Part shown: piece after piece, positions 1-10,210 of the stretch | Layout: the number at the start of each line of letters is the position of its first letter | Numbering within the stretch: position 1 is the stretch's first letter | Source of the DNA: an uncultured Pseudohongiella sp. | GTDB taxonomy: Bacteria > Pseudomonadota > Gammaproteobacteria > Pseudomonadales > Pseudohongiellaceae | Reading direction: 5' to 3' | Length of the DNA: 64,000 nt | NCBI GenBank assembly: GCA_902531515.1 | Contig: CACAEJ010000005.1 | Location: forward strand, 7,017-71,016 | Made by a program: the position numbers and the translations under genes | Notes under the pieces: model-generated | The model's input: the letters and a program-made list of their open reading frames with translations, nothing else | Told to the model about the DNA's origin: nothing | Databases searched by the model: none

Positions 1-299
1 CCTGCGTTTACCTCAAGACCTCGGATCGGAGTAATTTGCATCCCAAGATTAAAATTCAGAGCATCCTCCACAATGTTTCCATGGAGGTCTCTCGCTTCAG
101 TTTTCCGAGCTATCTCGATAAGAGGAGCCACTGCCTCGCTCAAAACTGAAGTTGGAGCAATTCTGAAAGTTGCAAAGTTATCTGAATCGGCATCGGTAGA
201 ATCAACCGCAAGTTCATTTTCTTGAGCGTACCCACCCTGCCCAAGAACAAATAACGGCAGGGTCATGAAGCTTATTGCAGAAGGGCTGAAGAATCTCAC
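1..299 (-). CDS. N-terminal part of a secreted/outer-membrane protein; gene runs off the window edge (possibly TonB-dependent receptor)
   Basis: Minus-strand frame is open from GTG at 299 to position 1; it is absent from the ORF track because it has no stop in the window. It starts VRFFSPSAISFMTLPLFVLGQGGYAQE, which looks like a signal peptide. The later segment NIVEDALNFNLGMQITPIRGLEV is reminiscent of a TonB-receptor plug, judged by eye only. Confidence 0.4.
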   Translation of the reverse strand, partial: MRFFSPSAISFMTLPLFVLGQGGYAQENELAVDSTDADSDNFATFRIAPTSVLSEAVAPLIEIARKTEARDLHGNIVEDALNFNLGMQITPIRGLEVNA

Positions 300-441
300 G
301 TTCTTTTCATCTCACAAATCGCACTAATCTGGCAAATCAATTTATTTAGCGTAACAGATTACATTCAAGTCACGGTTATTTTTTAACCGAACTTCGGCCG
401 ATCCTATCATTAACCGATGTGAAATTACACGGTTTTCCTCA

Positions 442-1011
442 TCATTTTGCGTCGTTGATTTTTCCATCTTCCAGCTTTCGGACCCACTCTCTTTGAGGTA
501 GATCTTTTAGTAATTGCTGTACTGAGAACTTTTGGCCGGGAAGCACAAGATCGGGGGCAATTTCTGCCAGTGGTTCAAGGACAAACCGTCTCTCTAAAGC
601 CCGAGGGTGGGGTACGGTTAGTGCATCTGATGAAAGTGAAATATCACCGAAAAATAGCAAATCGAGGTCGATCGATCGAGGCTGATTATTGAAACCTGAA
701 CGCACCCGACCCAACTTTTCCTCCAATCTCTGAATACTCCAAAAAAAACTCTTGAGGTCGGTATTAACGGGTAGAAACAAGGCAACTACCGAGTTAACAA
801 ATAAAGGGGAATTAGGAGGACATCCTTGTGGTTCTGACTCATAAAAAGATGAAGCAATATATGGTTGAGAACTAAGATTCCCGAGCTCTTTAATCGCTTT
901 CCGGATTACGTCAAGCTTCGAACCATTTGCAGAATCTAGGTTTGAACCTAATCCCACTATTGAGGTCAAAATGTGCGATTCTTCAAATGTGATACTGGGC
1001 CGAGCATTCAT
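442..1011 (-). CDS. folK: 6-hydroxymethyl-7,8-dihydropterin pyrophosphokinase
   Basis: ORF 442..1026 carries [30 protein letters not shown] and [21 protein letters not shown], as in HPPK. The start is ambiguous: ATG 1011 overlaps hemE, while TTG 969 would give [10 protein letters not shown] as in E. coli FolK. Confidence 0.85.
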   Translation of the reverse strand: MNARPSITFEESHILTSIVGLGSNLDSANGSKLDVIRKAIKELGNLSSQPYIASSFYESEPQGCPPNSPLFVNSVVALFLPVNTDLKSFFWSIQRLEEKLGRVRSGFNNQPRSIDLDLLFFGDISLSSDALTVPHPRALERRFVLEPLAEIAPDLVLPGQKFSVQQLLKDLPQREWVRKLEDGKINDAK

Positions 1012-2074
1012 GAACTGAGTCAACAAAAACTGTTACATTATCCGGATCTACTCCTGGTGTGATCCCATGCCCTAGGTTAAAGACATGGCCGCTCTTACTT
1101 CCGAAATCTGACAAAATGCGTCTAACTTCTTCTCGAATCACTTTTGGAGATGAGTACAAGATCGCTGGATCCATATTCCCTTGCAAAGCACATTTTGATC
1201 CTACGAGCCTTTTTGCAGCGCCGATTTCTGTAGTCCAATCAATACCAATCCCATGAGCACCAGTATCAGCAATCTCTGATAACCATTGCCCCCCGTTCTT
1301 AGTAAATAAGATTACAGGTATATCATTATTGTCGTTTTGCTTGATCAACTTGGACACTATTTTTTTCATATATTTAAGTGAGAAAGCGAAATATCCGGGC
1401 GTGGTTAGAACTCCACCCCAAGTATCGAATATCTGAACAACCTGCGCTCCTGCCCGAATTTGACAATTCAGGTAGTCAATCACAGTTTCAGTTAATTTCT
1501 CTAACAGTAAATGCATTGCCTCGGGGTCGTTGTACATGAAAGTCTTTGCTTTACTAAAGTCTTTAGACCCACCTCCTTCTATCATATAGGTGGCCAAGGT
1601 CCAGGGACTGCCGCTAAAGCCTATCAATGGGACGGAGCCATTTAGTTCCTTTCGAATTAAAGTCACTGCATTCATGACATAGGCTAAATCATCGACGGCA
1701 GATATTTCTCGAAGGTTCTCTACATCCGCTCGTTTCTTAATGACTTTTTTGAATCGAGGGCCTTCCCCAGTTTCGAAATATAAACCTTGTCCCATGGCAT
1801 CGGGAATGGTCAATATATCCGAAAAGAGTATGGCGGCATCAAATGGGTAGCGCCTCAGAGGCTGCAAAGTCACTTCACAAGCTAACTCCGGAGATTGACA
1901 TAAATTCATAAAGTCGCCGGCTTTTTTCCGAGTAGCTCTATACTCGGGCAAATATCTTCCAGCTTGTCTCATCATCCAGACTGGAGTTACATCAACGCTC
2001 TTCCCCGTTAAAGCCTTCAATAAACGATCATTTTTTAAAGTCACATTTTTCCCCGTGGTAAAGAAATTTCCCAC
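983..2074 (-). CDS. hemE: uroporphyrinogen decarboxylase
   Basis: 363 aa with [16 protein letters not shown] and [15 protein letters not shown] signatures. Confidence 0.95.
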   Translation of the reverse strand: MGNFFTTGKNVTLKNDRLLKALTGKSVDVTPVWMMRQAGRYLPEYRATRKKAGDFMNLCQSPELACEVTLQPLRRYPFDAAILFSDILTIPDAMGQGLYFETGEGPRFKKVIKKRADVENLREISAVDDLAYVMNAVTLIRKELNGSVPLIGFSGSPWTLATYMIEGGGSKDFSKAKTFMYNDPEAMHLLLEKLTETVIDYLNCQIRAGAQVVQIFDTWGGVLTTPGYFAFSLKYMKKIVSKLIKQNDNNDIPVILFTKNGGQWLSEIADTGAHGIGIDWTTEIGAAKRLVGSKCALQGNMDPAILYSSPKVIREEVRRILSDFGSKSGHVFNLGHGITPGVDPDNVTVFVDSVHECSAQYHI

Positions 2075-2099
2075 TCAAGCAAAGTTGAAAATAGTTAAA

Positions 2100-3191
2100 T
2101 TACATGCAGAGCTGGCTTCCGCTCGTCAAAGTCTCTCTTAAAACCTCTTCACTGACTTGATGCTCAATAAAAGCGGTGCCGATGGCTTTCAACAAAATAA
2201 ATCTAATTTTACCTTCTTCTACTTTTTTATCAGAGCTCATGAGCTCCAAGTACCGGGTTTCGCTTATATCGACTGGGGGGATAACCGAAAACCCGAAGTC
2301 AATTTCTAGCATCTGTCGAATTTTTTTTGCCTCCGCCGAATCAAGCAATCCCAACCTTTTGGAAAGGTCCGCCGCCATTACCATACCTATTGCAACAGCT
2401 TCACCATGTAGAAATTTACCATACCCTGATGCTGTCTCGATTGCATGGCCAAAAGTATGACCCAAATTTAAGAGAGCCCTGCTCCCGGATTCTTTTTCAT
2501 CAGCAGAAACGATATTGGCCTTCGCCTCGCAGCAAATTTGGACCGTTTCAGAGAGATAGTCGTGGTTAAGATCAAGCAGCGCCTTGCTGTGTTTACTAAG
2601 CCAATCAAAAAAGTTTACGTTTCCTATTAAACCGTATTTTATAACTTCAGCAAATCCAGCTTTGACTTCACGGCCAGGCAGAGTTCCCAGCACAGCCATG
2701 TCAGCAATCACACATTGTGGCTGATGGAAAGAACCAATCATGTTCTTACCTAACGAGTGATTGACGCCTGTCTTCCCACCAACAGAGGAATCGACCAGCG
2801 CGAGCAATGTTGTAGGTATTTGCACAAACCTAATACCTCTCTGAAAAGTTGCTGCAGCGAAACCAACTATATCACCGACAACGCCTCCTCCAAGCGCTAC
2901 TAATATTGTTTTTCGATCATATTTTCCTCGCAGTAGGTGGTCATAAATTAATCCAACAGAATCCAAGTTTTTATGCTCCTCGCCATCAGGCAAGATGATA
3001 TAAGAATCATAATTAAACCCAAGAAACCCCTTCACCTTTTCGAGGTAGAGTGGGCCTACTACAGAATTAGTAATCACAACGACTCGACTTTTGCCCAAAA
3101 AGGGAGAGATTAACTTCTGATCATCGAAAAGATTCGATCCTATAAATATTGGATAACTGCGCTCACCCAATTCAACATTTAAACTATTCAT
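2100..3191 (-). CDS. aroB: 3-dehydroquinate synthase
   Basis: 363 aa with GGGVVGDIVGFAAATFQRGIRFVQIPTTLLA, VDSSVGGKTGVNH and NLGHTFGHAIE; sits next to aroK. Confidence 0.95.
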   Translation of the reverse strand: MNSLNVELGERSYPIFIGSNLFDDQKLISPFLGKSRVVVITNSVVGPLYLEKVKGFLGFNYDSYIILPDGEEHKNLDSVGLIYDHLLRGKYDRKTILVALGGGVVGDIVGFAAATFQRGIRFVQIPTTLLALVDSSVGGKTGVNHSLGKNMIGSFHQPQCVIADMAVLGTLPGREVKAGFAEVIKYGLIGNVNFFDWLSKHSKALLDLNHDYLSETVQICCEAKANIVSADEKESGSRALLNLGHTFGHAIETASGYGKFLHGEAVAIGMVMAADLSKRLGLLDSAEAKKIRQMLEIDFGFSVIPPVDISETRYLELMSSDKKVEEGKIRFILLKAIGTAFIEHQVSEEVLRETLTSGSQLCM

Positions 3192-3205
3192 TAACTAGTT
3201 TCTCT

Positions 3206-3736
3206 TCAAGAAGCACTGTCTTTGGCTTGAACAAACCTCTGGATTTCGCTAGCGACAACCAGTGGTTTTTTGCCTCCAGTGTCGATTACCATATCAGCAG
3301 CATCTTGATATAGAGGATTTCGATCTTCAAAAAGCTCTATAACCTTTTGCTTTGGATTATCTGTTTGCAGCAATGGGCGATTTTTATCCTTCTTGGTTCT
3401 ATCAACCAGTTTTTCTATGGAAGCCGTCAAATAAACAACTGTGCCATTTGAGCAAAGTGTGTCCCTGTTTTGCTTCGCTAGGATTGCACCTCCTCCAGTT
3501 GCTAGAACAATATCCTGCCTTTGACATAGCTGGCTTATCATTTTGCTTTCCCTCTCTCTGAAACCACTCTCTCCCTCAACATCAAAAATCCAAGGTATAT
3601 CTGCACCGGAGCTTAACTCTATCTCTTGATCCGAATCGAAGAATCGTAAACCCATAATCTTAGCCAGAACCCGCCCGATGGTGCTCTTTCCAACACCCAT
3701 AGGTCCGATTAAAAATATATTACCCTTGGGGTCCAT
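3206..3736 (-). CDS. aroK: shikimate kinase
   Basis: ORF 3206..3796. The internal Met at 3736 gives MDPKGNIFLIGPMGVGKSTIG, aligning with the E. coli AroK N-terminus (Walker A). Confidence 0.9.
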   Translation of the reverse strand: MDPKGNIFLIGPMGVGKSTIGRVLAKIMGLRFFDSDQEIELSSGADIPWIFDVEGESGFRERESKMISQLCQRQDIVLATGGGAILAKQNRDTLCSNGTVVYLTASIEKLVDRTKKDKNRPLLQTDNPKQKVIELFEDRNPLYQDAADMVIDTGGKKPLVVASEIQRFVQAKDSAS

Positions 3737-3887
3737 TTTTACTCTTTCAGCACAAGAAAGCCGATATTGTACCTTTAATTCGGAATCAAATATCAAAATG
3801 GGGAATATTTAGACAAGCAATAGCCCTTTTTAATGATTGTTCTTTGTGAAGTCGATAAAATCAAGAGTCCGGAGGAAAAACCCTTTA

Positions 3888-6263
3888 ATGGCGATTGAAC
3901 TTAAAAATTTGGCAAAACCTCTGTTAATTGTGGGCGTTGGGACAATGTCCGCCGTCTGTATGTTAGCGTCTGCAGCCTATCTATACTTAGCTCCTCTCCT
4001 ACCTGAAGCTGAAACCTACAGAAATGTCCGCCTCGAAACACCACTTCGCATCTACACCTCGGATGGCCGTCTCATTGACGAAATCGGAAATCGTAGAAAT
4101 CCGATTCAATTTGAAGACATACCTCCTGTGTTAATCAATGCCTTGATTGCTACCGAAGATGTCAGATTCTACTCTCACCCGGGTGTGGACATTCAGAGCT
4201 TAATTCGAGGTTTCTATGGATTTGTTACTGGAAGGAGGTTGGGCGGCGGGAGCACCATTACGATGCAGTTGGCTAACAATTTGTCCTTTGATAACGACAA
4301 CGTTTACTTGAGAAAATTTAAAGAAATCCCTTTTGCTCTCCAGATACAGCGAGAACTTACTAAGGAAGAAATCTTAACTTTGTACTTAAATACAATTTAT
4401 TTCGGAGCTGGCGCTGATGGAATAGGTGCAGCATCCTTTGTCTACTACGGAAAAACAGTTAGCGAGCTTACTCTTGCCGAGTCAGCTATGATGATTTCTT
4501 TACTCCCCTGTCCCTCAACCTGTAACCCTTTTAGTAATCCAGCTCGAGCGCTTGATAGAAGAGAAACCCGCCTTTCAAACATGCTCGGCGAAGGGATGAT
4601 CACAGAGACTGAATTCAAGGAAGCGAACGAAGCTCCGATCACCGCGAACAGGCGAAATCGCAATATTGAAATAAGCGCACCTTATGTGGCCGAGATGGTA
4701 AGAAGAACTATTTACGATCAGTTCGGAGAAGCTACTTATTCCAGAGGTTTCGAAGTAATTACAAGTATAAATGGAGACTTACAAGAAGCAGCAAATAATG
4801 CTGTGATTAATGGTTTAGAAACATACTATGACAAGCGTCATGGTTTTCGAGGTGTTGACACAAATTATCCCCCAACACCCGAAAATAAAGAGCTCAACTG
4901 GCTAGCCCAACTGGCCTCCGTTCCAACTTATGGCAATCAGGAACCTGCAATCGTGGTCGCTGTCGAAGAGAAAGCCTTCGAAGCTCTATTAAAGGATGGT
5001 GAAACTGTTAAGATTCGTTGGGATGGAATGTCTTGGGCCTACGCTTTTGTCGATCGTAATAATATGTGGCCCCCTCCAGAAACCGCATCAGACCTCGTCA
5101 CGATTGGGGACTTAGTCAGGGTAAAACTTAGTGCTAAGGGTGACTGGGAATTGGGCCAGGTGCCAGAAATTCAGGGCGCTCTGGTCTCAATGTCACCCCA
5201 AAATGGGGCGATACTTGCACTCGTGGGCGGCTACGATTTTAGGCGAAGCCAAGTTAACAGAGTGACAACTTCCCGCCCGCCAGGATCTAATTTTAAACCC
5301 TTTTTATATGGCGCAGCGTTAGAAAACGGATACTCTGCCGCGACTGTAATTAATGACGCACCGATTACGAGAGGCAGCTATCGTCCTAATAATTATGAGA
5401 ATAATTTTCTTGGACCAATAACTCTTAGATACGCGCTAAAAGAATCACGTAATGTACCCGCTGTCAGGCTTTATGACTTGGTCGGCCCTCAAACTGTCCT
5501 GCAGTTTGCTTCGAAATTCGGGTTCCAAACACAGAATTTTCCGAAAAATGATCTGACTGTTGCGCTCGGAAGCCAGGATGTTCAGCCTCTAGAATTGGTA
5601 ACCGGTTACTCCTCGATCGCCAATGGAGGTTACAAAGTGAATCCTTGGTTTATTGAAAAAGTTGTCTCTGAGGGAGATGGTCTTTTATATCAATCTGATC
5701 CGCTCGTAGTTTGTGAAACTTGTTTGGTAAATTCAAATGAAACTAGTCAAAGTCCAAAATCTGCACCCCGGATAATAGATCAAAGAGTGGCCTATATATT
5801 GAACTCTATGTTGGAGTCTGTAATTACGGAAGGCAGCGGCAATCGGGTTTACCGTGAATTACAGCGTGATGACTTGAGAGGGAAAACAGGCACAACTAAT
5901 GGACCTCAAGAACTCTGGTTTTCTGGATTTAACAAAAATATTGCAACTACAGTTTTTGTGGGGCTTGACCAGCCGGAACCTTTGGGGGAAAGAGAACAGG
6001 GGGCGACCGTCGCCGTGCCTATTTGGATAGACTTCATGCGTGAAGCTCTTGCCGACGAGCCTGAGACGACGATAAGTCGCCCGGACGGAATTGTTGATCG
6101 TTTAATTGATCGATCCTCAGGAAAGCCGGCAACACCAGGAGATCCTGATGCTGTCTTTGAATATTTCCGTACCGAAAATGCCCCCGAGCTCCTTACAGAA
6201 CCTGTCCCTGGCCTCGATATTGAGGAAAATAGTCAGACTATCTCTACCGAGACAATATTTTGA
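3888..6263 (+). CDS. mrcA: penicillin-binding protein 1A (bifunctional glycosyltransferase/transpeptidase)
   Basis: Glycosyltransferase motifs EDVRFYSHPGVD and GGSTITMQLA; transpeptidase motifs SNFKP, SRN and KTGTTN. ATG 3888 is preceded by GGAGGA at 3870, so it is preferred over TTG 3837. Confidence 0.93.
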   Translation: MAIELKNLAKPLLIVGVGTMSAVCMLASAAYLYLAPLLPEAETYRNVRLETPLRIYTSDGRLIDEIGNRRNPIQFEDIPPVLINALIATEDVRFYSHPGVDIQSLIRGFYGFVTGRRLGGGSTITMQLANNLSFDNDNVYLRKFKEIPFALQIQRELTKEEILTLYLNTIYFGAGADGIGAASFVYYGKTVSELTLAESAMMISLLPCPSTCNPFSNPARALDRRETRLSNMLGEGMITETEFKEANEAPITANRRNRNIEISAPYVAEMVRRTIYDQFGEATYSRGFEVITSINGDLQEAANNAVINGLETYYDKRHGFRGVDTNYPPTPENKELNWLAQLASVPTYGNQEPAIVVAVEEKAFEALLKDGETVKIRWDGMSWAYAFVDRNNMWPPPETASDLVTIGDLVRVKLSAKGDWELGQVPEIQGALVSMSPQNGAILALVGGYDFRRSQVNRVTTSRPPGSNFKPFLYGAALENGYSAATVINDAPITRGSYRPNNYENNFLGPITLRYALKESRNVPAVRLYDLVGPQTVLQFASKFGFQTQNFPKNDLTVALGSQDVQPLELVTGYSSIANGGYKVNPWFIEKVVSEGDGLLYQSDPLVVCETCLVNSNETSQSPKSAPRIIDQRVAYILNSMLESVITEGSGNRVYRELQRDDLRGKTGTTNGPQELWFSGFNKNIATTVFVGLDQPEPLGEREQGATVAVPIWIDFMREALADEPETTISRPDGIVDRLIDRSSGKPATPGDPDAVFEYFRTENAPELLTEPVPGLDIEENSQTISTETIF

Positions 6264-6633
6264 AAACCAATACTTAGATTAGGGCCTAACTTACAACTTT
6301 CGACTGCAAAATCGTTTCTTAAACCCAACTGTCCGATCGCCAAAGTCCATAATTTTCTGTTTAAAAGTGCACAAGGGATAGCACTTAAACAAAAACATTT
6401 CTCTCGAGCGTAGATTTGGTCTCAATAGAATTGCCCCGACAGGGTGTAGCTTTGATTAGCCCATAAGCAGGGTAGATGTTCGTCTTAATGATGCCTTGCA
6501 TTTTGGTTTCCAAATAGCGAGGCGAATTAGGCGTCACGCAGGCACTAAAATATTGTGCTTCAATCTGTTTACTGCGCAGGCGGGTTTACTTCCCATTAGA
6601 GGAATAGGGCTAGGCAAGGTACAAGAGGAAAGT

Positions 6634-6924
6634 TTATCGGTCTATACTTTGGTGATTTTTGACCACCTCTTCCATGATACTGCTAAAAAGTTCTTCAATG
6701 AAATCGGGATTCAAGGTTTTTTTATCACATAGAGATCGCAATTTTGCCAATTTCTCAACTTCTCTAGTTTTGTCAACTGGATCCAGTTTGTGTTCTGCTT
6801 TAAGAAGGCCTACTTCTCGAGTCAGACGAAAGCGTTCATCCAGTATTTCAATTAACTTGGAATCGATCTCATCTATTATTCGACGAGCCTCCAATAACTG
6901 TTTGATAGCAAACTCAGTTGTCAT
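6634..6924 (-). CDS. chorismate mutase, small AroQ type
   Basis: From the internal Met the protein is 96 aa, MTTEFAIKQLLEARRIIDEIDSKLIEILDERFRLTREVGLLK..., which fits the CM_2 helical pattern. The upstream part of ORF 6634..7020 is Cys-rich and non-homologous. Confidence 0.75.
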   Translation of the reverse strand: MTTEFAIKQLLEARRIIDEIDSKLIEILDERFRLTREVGLLKAEHKLDPVDKTREVEKLAKLRSLCDKKTLNPDFIEELFSSIMEEVVKNHQSIDR

Positions 6925-7111
6925 TTCATACCCTCGATCAAATTTTGGAAAATATAAAGCTAATCGATGATTTGAGTATAAACTATGCGAGACTCCATAA
7001 CAGCAACCCAAACAAAGCAACAGTATCCTCTGCTAGAATTAACGGCATCGGTACATTTGAAATTCCCCGAGAGCTAGACCTTACAGTCATCTCTCTTAAT
7101 GGAGAAAATGG

Positions 7112-9343
7112 TTGACTAAATCAAGCATCCGCGATGAAAATATAGTGTATCAAGTCGCCGTACCTTCTCCCCTGCGAGAGGTTTTTGACTACCTACCTAA
7201 AAACCCTGGACAGTCAATTTATCCAGGCTCAAGAGTAGTCGTGCCCTTTGGAAACCGCACTGTTATTGGTTTTGTTATTTCGACAACTTCTAAGTCTCAA
7301 ATTGCCCCACATAAACTAAAGTACATCAAGGATATCCTTGATTATGAACCAGTCGTATCAGAAGAAATTTTGTCAATCTTGAAGTGGAGTTCTCAATATT
7401 ATCACCATCCAATAGGTCAGGTTCTTGCCGCCGCCCTGCCAAAAAAGGTTCGTGGGGCTAATCCTGTCAAGCCCATGATTAAAATATGGAAAAGTTTGGA
7501 GTTCGTGCCAGAGGAAAAATTGGAACTTGTTGAGAATGCTCCAAGGCAGAAAGCCCTGCTCGATCTTCTTCAACAAAATTGGCTCCCAAAAGCTGATATT
7601 AATGAAGCAGGTTTTAGCGATAGTGTGATTAAGGAACTTCAAAAAAAAGAGCTAATATTTGAGCTTACTAAACCGGATTTTAAGAGAGAGACTTATGCGC
7701 CAATATCAGAAAGAAACCCCAAAGCAATGCTTTTGAATAGAGATCAGAAGTCGGCTTTGACAGCAATAAATAGGACCGAAAATAACTTTCAGTGCTTTCT
7801 TTTATACGGAGTCACCGGCTCTGGCAAAACTGAAGTCTATATGCAAGCGATGCAACAGCACCTGGCAAAAGGTAGACAGTGCCTCGTTCTAGTTCCTGAG
7901 ATCGGACTCACGCCTCAAACACTCAATCGTTTAACTGAAAGGTTTGAATGTCCAATCAGAACAATGCATTCAGGCCTTTCGGACTCCGAACGGCTTGAAT
8001 CCTGGAATATGGCTCGGGAAGGTCAAGCAGGAATCTTAATTGGCACTCGCTCATCAGTTTTCTCCCCCTTTTCAGATCTGGGAATAATCATTGTGGATGA
8101 GGAGCATGATAATTCATTTAAGCAACAGGAAGGCTTTAAATATTCGGCGAGAGATCTAGCAATATTCCGAGCTAAGAAAAAAAATATACCCATAATACTC
8201 GGTTCGGCCACCCCAAGTCTTGAGACATTGCAGAATGTCCAATCTGGAAAGTATAAACAGTTATCTCTCCTGAAGACGGCTGCAGATACTCCGTTACCAA
8301 GCAGACTCTTAATCGATACGTCAAAGCAAACAATAACTCACGGATTGTCCGAAACACTTTTGACAAAAATCAAGAAACACCTCGATGCAAAAAAGCAGGT
8401 TTTAGTATTTATAAATCGCCGAGGCTTTGCACCCGCACTCAGCTGTCAAAATTGCGGATGGGTCGCGGAATGCAGTAATTGTATGTCACAAAAAACGGTC
8501 CACATCCACCCTCCGAGTATTTGCTGCCACCACTGCGGCGAAGTAAGTGAACTGCCGAAAAAATGCCCAGCCTGCAACCTTTCAAAGTTAGAGACACTCG
8601 GGGTTGGAACTCAAAAGCTCGAAACTTTTCTCAGAGACCATTTCAAGCGTACTCCTATATTTCGTATAGATCGAGATTCTACGAGACACAAAAATCAACT
8701 AAACGAAATGCTAGACCAAATTGCAATTGGTGAAAGTTGTCTAATGATTGGCACCCAGATGATTGCCAAAGGACATCACTTTCCTAACATCACCTTGGTA
8801 GCAATTATAAATGCTGACACGGGATTGTTTAGTCCTGATTTTCGCGGTCAAGAGTATATGGCACAAACGATAACGCAAGTCTCAGGAAGAACCGGGAGAG
8901 CTAATCAGAGAGGCGAAGTGATAATTCAAACGAGACATGCTTCGCACGTAGCCTTACAAAATTTCATGAGAGGCGGCTACAATGAATTTGCGAGCATAAT
9001 TCTCGAAGAACGCAAAAACGGCAGAATGCCACCATTTTGGCGTCTAGCTATACTCAAGGCTAATTCCAGAGCATTGACTACCTCCATAAAATTTTTAGCT
9101 AGTTGTGAAGATTTCATACAAGATATAAACAATAAATATCATCAAAAAGTCGAGTCAATAGGTCCGTTCCCGGCGCCACTTGAAAAGCGCGGCGGAAAAT
9201 TCCGAGCCCACCTCATGCTGAAAAGTAATACACAAGCGACTTTGCAGCGACTACTAACGGAATTAGTTAAAAGATTAGACAAAATCAAGACTAAGCCCGG
9301 CTTAAAATGGTATCTAGACGTGGATCCAGCGGACCTAACTTAA
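7112..9343 (+). CDS. priA: primosomal replication protein N' (PriA helicase)
   Basis: Walker A GVTGSGKTEVY, DEEH box and Cys-rich zinc region CQNCGW..CSNC..CHHCG..CPAC; TTG start. Confidence 0.93.
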   Translation: MTKSSIRDENIVYQVAVPSPLREVFDYLPKNPGQSIYPGSRVVVPFGNRTVIGFVISTTSKSQIAPHKLKYIKDILDYEPVVSEEILSILKWSSQYYHHPIGQVLAAALPKKVRGANPVKPMIKIWKSLEFVPEEKLELVENAPRQKALLDLLQQNWLPKADINEAGFSDSVIKELQKKELIFELTKPDFKRETYAPISERNPKAMLLNRDQKSALTAINRTENNFQCFLLYGVTGSGKTEVYMQAMQQHLAKGRQCLVLVPEIGLTPQTLNRLTERFECPIRTMHSGLSDSERLESWNMAREGQAGILIGTRSSVFSPFSDLGIIIVDEEHDNSFKQQEGFKYSARDLAIFRAKKKNIPIILGSATPSLETLQNVQSGKYKQLSLLKTAADTPLPSRLLIDTSKQTITHGLSETLLTKIKKHLDAKKQVLVFINRRGFAPALSCQNCGWVAECSNCMSQKTVHIHPPSICCHHCGEVSELPKKCPACNLSKLETLGVGTQKLETFLRDHFKRTPIFRIDRDSTRHKNQLNEMLDQIAIGESCLMIGTQMIAKGHHFPNITLVAIINADTGLFSPDFRGQEYMAQTITQVSGRTGRANQRGEVIIQTRHASHVALQNFMRGGYNEFASIILEERKNGRMPPFWRLAILKANSRALTTSIKFLASCEDFIQDINNKYHQKVESIGPFPAPLEKRGGKFRAHLMLKSNTQATLQRLLTELVKRLDKIKTKPGLKWYLDVDPADLT

Positions 9344-9469
9344 TATTCAAGTAGCTTAATTTAGTCTAAAATTAACCTTTAGCTTATAGATTTCTTACCG
9401 ATACTTCTCATGATATTTACTGCTCTAAGACATCTTTGTCACTAAAAACAATAATTTAGTAATGGAAAT

Positions 9470-10060
9470 ATGACTCAAGATTTCGCAAAGATAAAACCTG
9501 AACCTATTTTGGAAAGGAAAATATTAGAGTCGCCCCCAACTTGGTCTCTATTACTAACTGGCGGCCTGGTGGGAATGACCGTGGGGGTACTAGCATGCGT
9601 CTTATTCTACTTATCGGGGCATGTTCCACCTCTAAACATTGCGCGGGATATAGAAAACGTAGCCCCCGCCAAACCATTGGATCAGGAATCCGAAAATTTA
9701 CCCTCAGACAATACCGTAGACCTCGAATTCTACACCGAACTTCCGAAGTACGTAGTGCAAACAAATGCTGTACCTGTTGAACTTAATGAACCCATCCCCC
9801 AGAATCTACAAAATGAAATACTAAGTAGGCAGGTTATGCTTCAAACTGGAGCGTTTCAGCAAATCTCTTCAGCTGAACGAGAAATGAATAAACAGATCGA
9901 ACTTGGCTTAAAGGCTGTGGTGAAACTCGCTGAATTGCCCGGAAGGACTCTGTACCTTGTACAAAATGGTCCATACAGCTCACTAGAAGAGTTAGAGAAA
10001 TCTCGCCAACTACTGAAAAGTTACAATATCAATTCATTGATTGTTGAGCTGCAAGAGTAA
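9470..10060 (+). CDS. SPOR-domain cell division protein (FtsN-like)
   Basis: N-terminal TM helix, low-complexity linker and C-terminal SPOR-like segment VMLQTGAFQQISSAEREMNKQIELGLKAVV...YLVQNGPYSS. It lies between priA and hslV, as ftsN does in E. coli. Confidence 0.7.
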   Translation: MTQDFAKIKPEPILERKILESPPTWSLLLTGGLVGMTVGVLACVLFYLSGHVPPLNIARDIENVAPAKPLDQESENLPSDNTVDLEFYTELPKYVVQTNAVPVELNEPIPQNLQNEILSRQVMLQTGAFQQISSAEREMNKQIELGLKAVVKLAELPGRTLYLVQNGPYSSLEELEKSRQLLKSYNINSLIVELQE

Positions 10061-10210
10061 AAAGTAAAAATCCCTCGGCTAAACTATCTGCTAAAATCAG
10101 AAGCAGTTGTTGATCTGAGTAAAAAGCATTCCTAAACTTGCGCTAGAAATACATGCTCTCTGTTTCTAATTTCTATGGTACTTTATGATTAAAACCCTAG
10201 GAGGTCCGGT

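Noticed and set aside
300-441. Cobalamin riboswitch upstream of the putative TonB-dependent receptor at the window edge.
   Set aside because: Only about 140 nt are available between folK and the gene start, and I see no B12-box-like sequence. The receptor assignment itself is weak.
10061-10210. Sigma32 heat-shock promoter upstream of hslVU.
   Set aside because: The best candidate, CTTGCGC...CTCTCTGTTT, matches the CTTGAAA-N13-15-CCCCATNT consensus poorly, so I cannot support a call.
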